Of a stretch of DNA of 64,000 bases, positions 26,501-38,568 are shown piece after piece. The stretch lies in assembly GCF_009914755.1 (NCBI RefSeq), contig NC_060925.1, one strand, 5' to 3'. Within the stretch, counting starts at the first letter, position 1. Every line of letters starts with the position of its first letter. The notes beneath the pieces were generated by a model. The model had not been told where the DNA came from. It worked only from the letters and a program-made list of their open reading frames with translations, and did not search any database. A program made the position numbers and the translations under genes. Source of the DNA: the human T2T-CHM13v2.0 reference genome, Homo sapiens.

Positions 26501-27429
26501 CTGCCTCTCATGAGCAAGAGGGTCCCTCTGAAGACCCCCTTCCCTGATGCTGAGGTCACCACATTTCTGGTGGGCTGCAGTGCTGGAACAAGGAGCTGGT
26601 CCTGGGACCCAAACTCCGTGGCCACCTCCTCACTTTGATCCAGGCTGAAGCAGCATCTCCAGTCCAAATGAATCAGATAATCAATACACTCTCTAGAGCA
26701 TCCAGGCAGTAAAAAACCACAAAACGTCTTTATGTCTAGAGAACTCAGTAATTAACCCAAGCCTGAAGGCCGGGGTTTGTTTGTCCGGGCATAATTGGCT
26801 TTTGGAAGGAGAGGTGGAAGTACTGATGGATGTCCCCAGCTCTGCCAGCCTGGCTGGGGAGAGAGGTCTTTGTGAGGCCCAAACAATCAGAGCCCCCATC
26901 TTCTGCAGGTCTGAGGTGCCCGGAGCCTGGGAGACAGACTTTGTCCCTGCTGCGGCAGGCACCGGCTGTGCTGGATGAGTGATCCGCCTAGCGCTCTGCA
27001 CACACACCATTAATCTAGCAGCTAGCGGGGCCTGGGGGAAGATGGGGAGGCTCAGGACAGCTCAGGTCACCTTTCCCATCACAGAGTGCTCAGCCAGCCT
27101 GGGCGGCTGCCACACACACCGGGCCACCTCTGGTTGAAGGTCAAAGAGAACACAACACGTATGAGAGCAGGATGGGCCCTGAGGGTGCAAAACGGGATCT
27201 CCGCTGGGTCTAAGAAGGAGAAAGGGCAGGAGTCGTTTCAGCTGGAGATCCGGCCTTCCTCGCCCCAAGCCCACCCTAGGCCTGAGGACAGAATGGGAGG
27301 GTGGAGAACACCAAGGGTAGGGACGCCCCCTCGGCCCCCACCGGCAGAAGGGAGGCACGACAGGGTGAGTGAGTTCAGGCTGCAGGGTGGGCCAGGAAAG
27401 CCCCCAGCTAACCTTACGAGTGGCGATGA

Positions 27430-27590
27430 CCTTGGAGTCAAACAGACCTGAGTTCCAATCCAGACCCTGAGCTCGCTAGCTGGACAGAACACTGGACTCC
27501 CATCCCCAGGTTCCTCTTTGATAAAGTCGGGCAAGGAGAGAGTAACAGTGACCCTGTCACAGGGCAGGGCTATGGGAACGGAGTAGCACG
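27430..27590 (+). mobile_element. MIR fragment
   Basis: ttggagtcaaacagacctgagttccaatcc. Confidence 0.65.
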
Positions 27591-28017
27591 GTGCAGTGGT
27601 CTGGTGCTTCAGCGGCCCCTACCCTTCCCCCAGTGCAGCCCCTCTGCACGTTGCCCTGTTCTGGGCACACAGGGAAGGAGGAAGGAGAAGCGGGAGGGTA
27701 GTTACCCACATGACCCAGCAAGGGAGCTTTCTAGAGAGAGCGGGCGTAGGCTGGGTCTTACAGGAAAATGCAGAATTCGAGTTGACAGAGGGGCTTAGAG
27801 AGGGCGTGCTCAGCCGGACACCTGTGCCTGCAAGGGTGCGGAGGTGTGCACAGGCTGGCATACACCCACTTGGTGGAGAAACCAGCCAGGATAACCCCAG
27901 GGGCTCCACCTGATGGGCTGGGCCACTGAGGAACCAGAGCTGGAGGAAGGAGCTGCCAGTCACAAAGAGCCATAAAAGCCGGAACGACTTCAGAGTCAGA
28001 AAGTTCCTTACAGGTGT

Positions 28018-28099
28018 AAGACTCAGTTTCCCCAATGGTCTCCAGAGAAAAGGACTCAAAGACTCAGTTTCCCCAACGGTCTCCAGAGAAAAGGACTCA
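28018..28099. repeat. 41-bp tandem duplication
   Basis: AAGACTCAGTTTCCCCAAYGGTCTCCAGAGAAAAGGACTCA twice, one C/T mismatch. Confidence 0.95.
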
Positions 28100-28339
28100 G
28101 GCATCAGGTTCATGCAAGGAGGCTGGCTCTAGGAGCTGGGGAAATGTCCGTGGGAATCAGGACTGGGATTCAGATGTCAAAGTCGGGTGTGACCCCGGAA
28201 CACCCACAGAGGTGGTGTGGGTGATCGCTGCAGAGGGGCGCCTTCCACGTGGGCACAGTGATGGGACACCTTCATGAAGGTAGCCACCTTTTCTTGCGTG
28301 TTGACTGTGTGTCGGGCCCCAGGATGAGTGTTTTCTGGC

Positions 28340-28485
28340 CGTGACAGCAACCTTGCAGGCAGGCACAGTTATCCTTGTTTTGCATGTAATAAAACAAGTT
28401 CAGAGAAGTTTAGTCACTTGTCCCAGGTCACTCAACTGTTAAGTGGCTAGGCAGAGTTTGAACCCATGGCATCTGATCCCAAATA
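28340..28485 (-). mobile_element. MIR fragment
   Basis: ttcagagaagtttagtcacttgtcccaggtcactcaactg...gagtttgaaccca. Confidence 0.75.
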
Positions 28486-29481
28486 TCACAGAGGGTTTGC
28501 AGCCAGGCAGGTCCTTCTCTTCCCAGGGCATCCTGGCCCTCTGCTCTTCTCTAGGACACTGACAACAACTAGGCAGAGGCCTCGCCCCATACCTGAGACC
28601 CATGAGAGCAGTCACTTCTGGCTCCTGTGAAGAGGGCTGACTGAGAGCCAAAGATCAGTGTCGTCACCTCCCAGTATTGTATCATTTCCTTCTCATAACA
28701 GCCCTAAAACTCTAAGCATCCACAGCTAGCAGATGAGGAAACTGAGTCTACGTGTGAGGGCACCCAGCTAGTCAGCAGTAGGGTGCCTGCCCATGTCCCC
28801 AGGGGATGAGTCCACAAGAAGGCAGGAAAACTGAGCTCCTTCCTCCTGGAGCGCCCAAGCCTCCGGGTCCTGTACTCACAGAGGCAGGAACCGGCAAGAG
28901 CTGACACGTTGTGGGAAAATGATTAATGCATCCAAGGCCATGGAGATAAGGTGAATAATGCACTGTCTGAACACCCTGTACCCTGCTGGCTGCAGGGGCA
29001 CATCCAGGCCACAGGACACCAGGGATGCGCCCCACTCCTCAGGTCCCCGCAGCTCCTCACAGCTTGTCTGGGTTCTGGACAGTGCCAGCCCCGCTTCTGC
29101 CAAGATAATCACCACAGTGGGGACTTGCTCCGGAGAGGCGAGAGTGCCCTGCGGAGGGAGGCTGCTGGAAAGTGTTGCTAGGAGACAGGAGGGGGCAAGG
29201 GCATTGGGACCACGGGGCTCCCAGTGCATCGGCAGGCAGCGAGGCGGCTTCCAAGGGGCCGGAGGATAAAGGAGACAGACGCCAGTCTCTGGATGCCCTG
29301 TATCCTACCTAACGTTGACAGAGGGCTCAAGGGGTAATTTGAAATCTAATTGCTGAGTGTTTTCATTTGGCATTAGGGACATTCCACTTGGTAAATATCA
29401 AGGAGCTGGAAGCCTTCCCTGATCCTCTGGGCAAAGTTTATTGGTGCTGCCCTGGCCATGAATGAAGAACTTGCAAAAGCC

Positions 29482-29548
29482 AGAGGAGAAAGAGAGAGAG
29501 AGTGAGACAGAGAGCGAGAGAGAGAGAGAGAGAGAGAGAGAAGAGAGA
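29482..29548. repeat. (GA)n microsatellite
   Basis: Direct reading. Confidence 0.97.
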
Positions 29549-30553
29549 CTGCACTCCCTGGAAGCAGGGAGGGGCAGGTGCAGGAGGGGAAGGAAGTCAC
29601 TGGGCCAAGCCCCTCCAGGGTGCCTTGTCTGCAGTAGCTGCCTTCTATGTCCCATATGGGAAAGGAATATTCCAAGAGCCTGGCTTTCCTGGTGATCTCT
29701 GCATCAGCCCCACTCTCTGCTGACCCCAACTCTGCATCCTAGAGCCCACCCGCCCAGACAGAAGGACAGGGGAGACCCTGCTGAGGGTGAATGTGTCACT
29801 TCGTGGGCAGCCAAGAGTATGAGGGTGGAGACGGAGCGAAAGCAGCAGTGATGGGGTCAGCTTTATGCCCTGGTAACATGGGGGCTAGGTGGCGGGAGAG
29901 TCAATGTGTCAAGATGTGTAGTAGGAAGTAGCTCTAAATATAAATGTTCCTGAAAAAAAAAGAAGGGTGGAAACTTACCTCCACCTTATACCAAAAGAAA
30001 TACCCGATGGGCCAAAGATTTAAATGGAAAGAAATAAAGAGGAAAACCAAGGGAGAGAGGAAGGCAAAGAAAGCAAAACCATTCAAATATTTGATGAAAT
30101 CCTGACAAAAAAAAAAAAAAGAGGGAATAATCTCAGGGTGGGGAAAGGCCCTTCTAACAAAGATACAAAATCTAGGAGCCACGAAAAGATAAATGTTAAA
30201 CCATATTTATGTTTAACATTCAAAATGTTAAACCACATTTGTGTTTAACATTTAAAATGTTAAAGATAAATGTTAAGAAGACAAAATTTTCTTCCGGGTA
30301 AAAGCAACCATAAACAGAACTTTCTGTTTTGTTTTGTTTTATTTTGTTTCGTTTCCCTAAGCATACACCACAAAAACATCTTCAATTTCTATCATATACA
30401 TAGACTTAATTTCTCTATTAAATAAAGAGCTCCTACAAAAATCAGTAAGAAAAAAGCACAATAGCCTTAAAGAACAAGAGAGTTCACAGAAAAGGAACTG
30501 AATGGCTCAGTAGATGAAAACATGACCAAACTTGTCATAAGAAGAGAAGAAAT

Positions 30554-31321
30554 CTGGCCATCAGAGAAATGCAAATCAAAACCAAAATGAGATACCATCT
30601 CACACCAGTTAGAATGGCGATCATTAAAAAGTCAGGAAACAACAGGTGCTGGAGAGGATGTGGAGAAATAGGAACACTTTTACACTGTTGGTGGGACTGT
30701 AAACTAGTTCAACCATTGTGGAAGTCAGTGTGGCACTTCCTCAGGGATCTAGAACTAGAAATACCATTTGACCCAGCAATCCCATTACTGGGTATATACC
30801 CAAAGGATTATAAATCATGCTGCTATAAAGACACATGCACATGTATGTTTATTGTGGCACTATTCACAATAGCAAAGACTTGGAACAAACCCAAATGTCC
30901 ATCAGTGAGGATTAAGAAAATGTGGCACATATACACCATGGAATACTATGCAGCCATAAAAAATGATGAGTTCATGTCCTTTGTAGGGACATGGATGAAG
31001 CTGGAAACCATCATTCTCAGCAAACTATCACAAGGACAAAAAACCAAACACCTCATGTTCTCACTCATAGGTGGGAATTGAACAATGAGAACACAGGGAC
31101 ACAGGAAGGGGAACATCACACACCGGGGCCTGTTGTGGGGTGGGGGAGTGGGGGAGGGATAGCATTAGGAGATATACCTAATGTTAAATGACAAGTTAAT
31201 GGGTGCAGCACACCAACACGGCACATGTATACATATGTAGCTAACCAGCACGTTGCGCACATGTACCCTAAAACTTAAAGTATAATAAAAAATAAATAAA
31301 TAAAAAATAAACAAAACAAAA
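30554..31321 (+). mobile_element. 5'-truncated L1PA3-like element
   Basis: ORF 30569..31081 is the ORF2 C-terminus; 3'UTR gatatacctaatgttaaatgac...cacaccaacac...accctaaaacttaaagtataat. Confidence 0.96.
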
Positions 31322-31513
31322 CTACAACAACATAACATTTCCACCCACCAGATGTGCAAAGACCAAGTTTGGTAAAGCAATGCCAGTGAAGTTGTGGAGT
31401 TTGAAGTGGTACTCACATCTTGTTACTGGGATTATAAATTGGTACAAACTTTATCAATTGTGATTAAACAACATCTACCAAAATTATAAGTGGAAATACT
31501 CTCTGATTCAGCG

Positions 31514-31585
31514 ATTTCATTTCCAGAAATTTACCAGGAATTATGTATGTATTTCATTTCCAGAAATTTCCAGGAATTATGTATG
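31514..31585. repeat. 37-bp tandem duplication
   Basis: ATTTCATTTCCAGAAATTT(A)CCAGGAATTATGTATG twice. Confidence 0.93.
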
Positions 31586-32049
31586 AATGGGAGAAAGTAT
31601 TATACCATCTTTTTAATTAACAAAAGTATGGAAATCACTTTAATGTTTATCAATCACATTAATGATTATCACTTTACTGCTTATTGAAATTATGGTTATT
31701 CATATGATAGAATACATGCAGCTACTTAAAAAAAATAAATTTTAAAAGGATGCTCAAAAATGATGTCCAAGATATGTTATAAAGTAAAAACCCTGGGTGC
31801 AGAGCCATGTGTCTGAGCCATGTGTCTGATATGCCTCCATTCCTATAAAATCAGGGTGTGTATAAATGCATAGAGTATCTCTATTAACTGGTAACTGTTA
31901 CAAAATTCAAAGTTAATGCAGGCAAGACCTCTCTTTTTTAATGCTAAAACTCCAAGGAACTGCACAACGTTTGAGGATTTCCAACACATGCCAATCTACC
32001 TTCGAGCCTACAGATTTTAGGAAATGAGGCTCATGAAAAATCAAGCATT

Positions 32050-32255
32050 AATATTCCTAGCTACAGTTGTTTGGGACATAATTAGAATGATCATTCTTTG
32101 AAAGTTTGTAAAATTTGCTCATAAAACCATCTAGGCCTAGTCTTTCCTTTGTGAAAGATTTTATTTTACTAGAGATTTTATTTTCTTCATGTTATAGTAC
32201 TTCTTAGGTTTTCTATTTCTTCTTGATTCTTGAGTCAATTTTGGTACCATTTAGT
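32050..32255 (-). mobile_element. L1M ORF2 fragment
   Basis: ataaaaccatctaggcctag...ggttttctatttcttcttga. Confidence 0.6.
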
Positions 32256-32291
32256 ACCCCACAGGGTGCTTGGGCTCAGAACACATCAGTC

Positions 32292-32780
32292 AAAGAAAGA
32301 GAGAAGAAAGGAAGGCAGGAGGGCAGTGAGAAAGGAAGGAAGGAAGGAAGGAAGGAAGGAAGGAAGGAAGGAAGGAAGGAAAGAAGGAAGGAAGGGAGGG
32401 AACAAAGAAGGAAAGAGAGAGAAGGAAGGAAAGAATGAGAGAAGGAAGGATGGAGGTAGAGAAAGATGGAAAGAGAGAGAGAGAAAGAAGAAGAGAAGGA
32501 AGGAAGGAGAGAGAGAAAAAGAAAGAGAAAGAAAGAAGGAAAGAAACAAGGAAGGAGGGAGGGAGAGAAAGAGAAAGTAAGAAGGAAAGAAACAAGGAAG
32601 GAGGGATGGAGAGAAAGAGGAAGGGAGAGGAAGGAAGGAAGGAGAGTGGGAGGGAAGGGAGGAGAGAAGGAGGGAGAGAGGGAGGGAGGGGGGGAGGGAA
32701 GGAAGGAAGGGAGAGAGGGAGGGAGGGAGGGAAAGAGAGAATGAGAGAAAGGTGAAAGGTGGGAACAGGAAGGGAAGAGA
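32292..32780. repeat. Polypurine GA-rich tract including (GGAA)12
   Basis: ~490 bp of almost pure purine; 12 uninterrupted GGAA at 32334-32381. Confidence 0.97.
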
Positions 32781-33011
32781 AGCCAGCCATAGGCTGCAGG
32801 CTGTTTGTTCACTCTTTTACTTGACCCAGGCAGTTCTGCGTTTTAAATATTCCACCTTCTGCCATGAGTTACACTGTTCAATATTCATTTCTCAGAGCAT
32901 TCAAAGGTCTATGTGTGCCCTGCCATGATAGACCATGGCTTCAGCTCTCAAATACAACTCTCAGCCAAAATATTCATGACTGGTCCTTCCCATATACTCA
33001 TCAATCCCCCA

Positions 33012-33423
33012 TGCTATGATCTGCATGTGTCCCCCCGATCTCACGTGTTGGAAACTTAATCCTCTATGTGACAGTGTTGAGAGGCAGGCCTAATAAGAGT
33101 GATTAGGTTATGAGATTCTGCCCCCATGCATGGATTAATGTCATTATCTCAGGAGTGGGTTCGTTATCTTGGGGGTGGGTTAGTTATCTTGGGAGTGGGC
33201 GTGTATTAAAAGCAAGTTCAGCCCCTTTTTCTCTCTTTCTTTCTCAAACTCTTTCTCTTCTGCCTTCAGCCATGAGATGACACAGCAAGAAGGCCCTCAC
33301 CAGATGCAGACCCCTCATACTTGGACTTCCTAGCCTCCAGAACTCTAAGAAATAAATGTCTTTTCTTTATAGATTCCCTAGTCTATGGTATTCTGTTATA
33401 GCAGCACAAAATGGGTTAAGATG
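33012..33423 (+). mobile_element. MSTC/MSTD (MaLR) solo LTR
   Basis: tgctatg...gttggaaacttaatc...gacacagcaagaaggccctcaccagatgc; perfect 5-bp TSD CCCCA. Confidence 0.9.
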
Positions 33424-34139
33424 CCCCATTACATGGAGACTGCTGACCCACAGGGTTGAGATCATTGACTTAGGGCTTGGAGTCTTATACAACATCCCTA
33501 TGGGAGTTGGCCTCCATATTCCCTAACTTCCAGGAATCTCGAATGATGACCTCAGACCAAAATATAGCCCAGATATTTTGCCTTTGGCAATATTGCCCAC
33601 TTTTCCACAACTTTATCATGGCAAGTTTGATGTGCTCACTTTTATGATCCCTGAAAGGATATGAGTTAAAGATCCTGCAAGGTTACAATCCAAGGATAGA
33701 AGATTGACTTGGAATAGGAAGTTGGATGAATCTTTGGTAATCTTTCATTTCAGGATTTATCTTCAGTCTTGGGCTATGGAGGGGGCACCTCTGGTCTTCA
33801 ATTTTGTTCAGCTTGTAAGAGAAGTGCCAAGGCTGATTGGCACACACAAATGTCTTTTCAGTTTACAAAAACCGTCCTCCTTTTCAACGCATCCCAAAGG
33901 GTGTTAAGGGAGATGCGGACCAGGCAGTGGGTTCAGCAGAAGTCACAACAGAACAGTTCCTAAGGGGACCTGTGGAGAACCTACTTGTGGGACAAACCCA
34001 CGTGGAGACCTAGGAAAGAGAAGGCAGAGACAGACAGTACAGACAAGAGTGGCCATGAAGGTGAATCAAAGTCCACATGGCAGAGCTGCTTTTTCATCCC
34101 CAGTAAAGGCAGTGCTGGGTTTTTTGAAACCTCAAAATG

Positions 34140-34575
34140 TTATGGTTGAGTAAATGACTGTAGGACCAAGTGACCTGGGTTCAATGCTGTCTGGGCCCCT
34201 GCCTAGCCAGAGAAACTTGAGCAAATCATAGGACTTCTCCATGCCTCACTCTGCTCATCTGGAAATGGGACAATAGCACACCAAGCCAGCGCTCCACAGG
34301 CATAAACTTGTGGAATCCTCACAGCACTCCTGTGAGACGGGAGCCATCATTGGCACCAGCTTCCAGATGAGGAAACTGAAGAAAGAGAGGAAGTGAGTTT
34401 TACAAAGTCACAGAGCCCCGAAGAGGCAGCATGTTGGCTCATGCAATCTGGTGCCAGGGTCTCTGTTCCTCCACCAAGCTGCTTCCCCTTGGCACAAGGA
34501 TTAAACAAAATAAGCATTTAGGACCAGGCCTGGCACACACGGAGACCCCCAAAATGGATGGCAATCATTATCTTT
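34140..34575. mobile_element. MIR (+) interrupted by MIR (-)
   Basis: gacctgggttcaatgc...gcctcactctgctcatctggaaatggg (+); cagatgaggaaactgaag (-). Confidence 0.65.
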
Positions 34576-35061
34576 TTTTATTGCAACAGAGTCCGCCCTC
34601 TGCCCTTCAGGGGAAATTCTTTTTCTTCTGTCTCCACCCCCTCAGGATCTTCAAGGGGGTGTAGGAGCCTTCAATGGGCTGATGCACAGAGCAACTGCCA
34701 ACTCAGAAGACCCAGAGGGCCCTAAAGAGGCCTGCTTGGTAAGAGGTGCATGCAATTACCCAAGGAGATAGCATTGATTAACACATTAATAAATAACATG
34801 GCTATTAAAGTCAGTCACAGAGGCGGGAGATAATTGCCTTGGACAGGAATGGCCTCAGCCTCTTCTATGAGCTGCCTTCCCCACCTCCTTCTCCCAGTAA
34901 ATCTTCACTGAAGGTGCTCTTTGGCCCAGTGCTGGCCTGAGCCTGGGAGGCAGGAGCCCTGAGCCAGGCCTGTAATAAGAACCTCAGGACCAAGGGGCGG
35001 CTGACTCCCAGGGGATAACCTGGCATCCTGACGCCAAACCCTGCAAGAGGAGCTTCAGGCA

Positions 35062-35610
35062 TTTCATTGGTCAGCTCTGGCTGGGTCACGTTGCAGTGAC
35101 AACCACCAAACCTGGTGGCTTATGACATCAAGGTGACATCTTGCTCTTGCTTCGTCCTTGCCAAGGTGCAGCTGGGGCCCTGGCCCACGGTGCTCTTCTC
35201 TCTGCCATCCAGGCTGCAGGTGTCTCCCCACCTGGAACACTTCCCCAACCTAGGACACACCCCCTGGAACATGTCCTCCCTTGGACACGCCCTCACCTGA
35301 AACACACCCCTCCTAGGACATGCCCCCACCTGGGACAGCCTCCAGGACACGCCCTCTCCTGCAATATAGCCTCCTGGGACTCACGCTCTGAAACATACGC
35401 CCACCTGGGATAGCCCCCAGGACACCCCCCACTCCTGGGACATGCCTCCTCCTGCATCACGCCCCCTGCTTGGACACACCCTCCACCTGGAACATGCCCC
35501 CACCTGGAACATGCTGCCTCATAGGAGAAGGAGAAAAGAACAGCATGGAGCCCTGACACAGTCCTCAGAGCACCTGCTCAGACGTGGAGCGTATCTCCTG
35601 GCTTCCCCAC
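35062..35610 (-). mobile_element. MLT1J/K fragment hosting a minisatellite
   Basis: gttgcagtgacaaccaccaaacctggtggctta...ccaggctg; resumes ggaacatgctg...agcatgg. Confidence 0.5.
35226..35516. repeat. Degenerate C-rich minisatellite, ~16-18-bp unit (C)CACCTGGRACAYGCCC
   Basis: Recurrent cacctggaac/ggacatgccc/ggacacgccc. Confidence 0.85.
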
Positions 35611-35666
35611 AACCCTTCACTTGGGCCCATCTCCAGGTAAACCTTCTCACAGCTGCTCCAGATCAG

Positions 35667-36126
35667 TGTATTTGTGTCCTGGGGCTGCAGTAACAAAGCA
35701 CCACAAACTAAGTGACTTAAAGCAGCCAAACTTTATTCTCTCTCCGCTCCGGAGGCCAGATGTCCAAGATCAAGGTGGGAGCAGGGCTGGTTCCTTCAGG
35801 GGCTGTGAGAGAGAATCTCTTCCACGTCTCTCCCAGCCTCCAGTGTTTTGTTGGCAACCCTTGCCCTCCGCTGGCTTGAAGAAGCATCAGCCCCTCTGCC
35901 TTCACCTTCCCGTGGTGTCCTCCCTGTGTGGGGGTCTGGACCTTCCTTCCCCTTTTTGTAAGTATACTGGTCAAATTGCATTAGGGGACCCTACTACACC
36001 AATACAACCCCATCTTAATTCATTATAACCGCAAGCACCTTATTCCAAGTAAGGCCACATTCTGAGGTCCTGCAGGTTAAGACTTCTACATATGAATTTC
36101 AGGAGGACACAGTTTACCCCATAGAA
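35667..36126 (-). mobile_element. MLT1C solo LTR
   Basis: tgtatttgtgtcctggggctgcagtaacaaagcaccacaaact...aggccacattctgaggtcc...gaggacacagt. Confidence 0.88.
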
Positions 36127-38568
36127 GTCCGTAACTTGGGATTTGGCTTCAGACTCACCTGGGGGTCAGCCCTGGTGGCCCAGGGCTTGCTCTTCCTATG
36201 GCTGTGACCCCTCAGCCCTGCTCCACCCACCCTGCCCCCTTCCCCTCAGGAGTCTCCCAGCAGCTGGCCTTTGGCTCAGAATCCCAGTCCCTGCCATCTG
36301 CCATCGGATCCTCCAGTCACCAGCTGCTTCCTAGTACCTGCTGTGGTCAGATGTGTCCCTGCAGGAAGTGAGTGACATAGTGTGAGAAGTTTACAGACAT
36401 GAGTTCAAATCTCAGCTCCTCCACTTAGAAACTGTGCGACACTGGGCAAGAATTCTACTTCCCTGAAGGAAGTCCTGCTGGCACAGGGCAGCTGAGGCTT
36501 TGGCAGGGTAGTAAAAAGCCCCAAGGCCTAGCACTCACCTCCTCCTCTTCCTGACAGTTTGCTAACCTCCCAGGAGCGACAGCCTTGCTCCATCTAGGCT
36601 TAAGAGCCTCTGACCCTTCCCTAGACACACGGGAATATTCCTGAGCTCCTGCTGTGTGCATGGCAAAGCCCAGAGCAGGCTCTCTCTCTCCCACTTCTGA
36701 CCATGTCTGAACCAGCCGTCAGGGCCCTGTGGTGTTGGAAAGAAAGGAGGAGCCTTTGCCTGAGAATCTCGTATGTATTGTAGTATTCAGTGGCAGTGCA
36801 TACACGTGCACAAACACATACACACACGTGCACACGTGCTTTGTCATAGCCTGTTTCCCCAACCTCTGGGGAAAATCAGTCAACACTTCCTCCTCTCCAA
36901 GCCACATTCTTTGTAGGGCAGCCTTGTCCCTGCCAGAAGCCACCTCCTGCCCAGGATGACTGAGCACTATTTAATCACCCTCAATCAAGAGTGTGACTCC
37001 CACAAAATGACGGCTCGTATATACACACACATTAAAGCAAATGAACTTCCATGATTATTGTTATTACCATCATTATTAGGGAAATTAGCGATCATGAGCT
37101 GCCCGGAGCCCCATGCTGGAACCCATGTGAGGTCTGGCCTCGGCTCTGCCAGGCCCTTCTCCCCACACGGAGGCAAGAGCCAGGCCCTCAGCTCCAGCCC
37201 CCTTCACCCCTCACCCCTCTAGTCCCTAGACATTTGGGACATTGGGCATTTTGCCCTGACTTGGAACAAAACTCATCCTGGCTTCCATGTGATGAGTACT
37301 TAACACCAGCCTGGGAGGGAGGAAGGACCATCATCACTCCCATCTTACGGAAGGGGCTACTGGCCCTGGGAGGTCAAATAGCTGCTAGGGGCAGGACCCA
37401 AAGCTCTGTATTCACCGAAGACATAACACTCTCATCTTACCCCAGAGGCAGGGGCAGAGGAGGCAGAGGTCGGACCCTGGTGCCAAGGAAAGGATCATCA
37501 GAGACTATTTTCCAGGGATGTGCTTCAAACCCACTGGTGTGGCCCCAGTCTGGTCCCAGGCCCCTTAACCTGAGCCCATGAATACAGTGACACAACCTAG
37601 CCCTGCCTCCAACAACATATTAGAAGCGAATGGGCCATTCATTGGTTTTTGGTTTTGTTTTGTTTTTTGTTTTTTTTGCTTTGTGTTTTCCAAAAGCCTT
37701 CAGCTTTGTTTATTGCATCCCCACCTGCAGCCTGGCACCATTCCTGGGGGACCTCCTTGAGCAGGTTCCTGGGCTCTGAGGCCAGCCACGTAGTGGAGAC
37801 GCTTCCACGCACCAGCACCTGCCACATGCCAGGCACTGTCAAGACAGCCCCGAGCAGCAGGTGTTCAACCCCCACCTTCCAAAGCAAGGGTGAGGCCGGG
37901 CAGGTGACTGACCACCCAGAGCAGATCACTGGGGGATCCAAGACTGGAACGGGGGCTGCCTCTCTCCACTGTCTGGACCTTTCCACGCTCGTGCTCCTGG
38001 GACCATAAGATGCCACCACCCTGGCCGATGACCTCCACGCCTGGCCAGCCCTTCACGGAGTCCTCCCTGGCCCCGGGCCAAGGCTGCTTTGCCAATCCCT
38101 TTCCCTTTGTACTCACCGACCTCAGCCTCCGGAGGCCCGGAATCATTCAGTTATGCCCATCTTCTGGGTGCTTAGAACCACATATGAGGGCTCTTTCATC
38201 CCTGTCCAGCCCTAGAACCCCGAGGGGACTTCAAAGCTCATTTCCAGTGGCCTTTGACAAGGCACAATTCCTGCCACCCAAGTGCTCGTCTCAGCTGGAG
38301 CACAGCCATTCACACGCTGGGATGGAGAAGCCCGGGTGTGGGATTTTAATCACTCACTTGCAGTTCTCCTTATGCCTGGGTGGCCAATGACCGGGCGTCT
38401 GGCCAGAGCTGGTGGCTGCCCCTCTCAGGCTCTACCCGGGACAACCTAACAGTAGGGCCTTGACCTTGGTGGGAGAAGAGCCCACGGGTGCACAGGGCTT
38501 TGGCCGACCAGGAGTGGGGCTGGTGGGAGGTGGAGGCTGAGGGCCCCAGGCCAACAGACCTCCATCCT

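Larger units (their letters stand above)
29965..31890 (+). mobile_element. Highly decayed L1ME 3' region, interrupted by L1PA3
   Basis: ORF2/3'UTR-like motifs: ccaaagatttaaatg, aaagagctcctacaa, gttcacagaaaaggaa, attataaattggtaca, aaatgatgtccaagatatgtt. Confidence 0.7.

Noticed and set aside
32223-32812. Arg/Lys/Glu-rich and Ser/Leu/Phe-rich ORFs
   Set aside because: Translation of the GA-rich simple repeat
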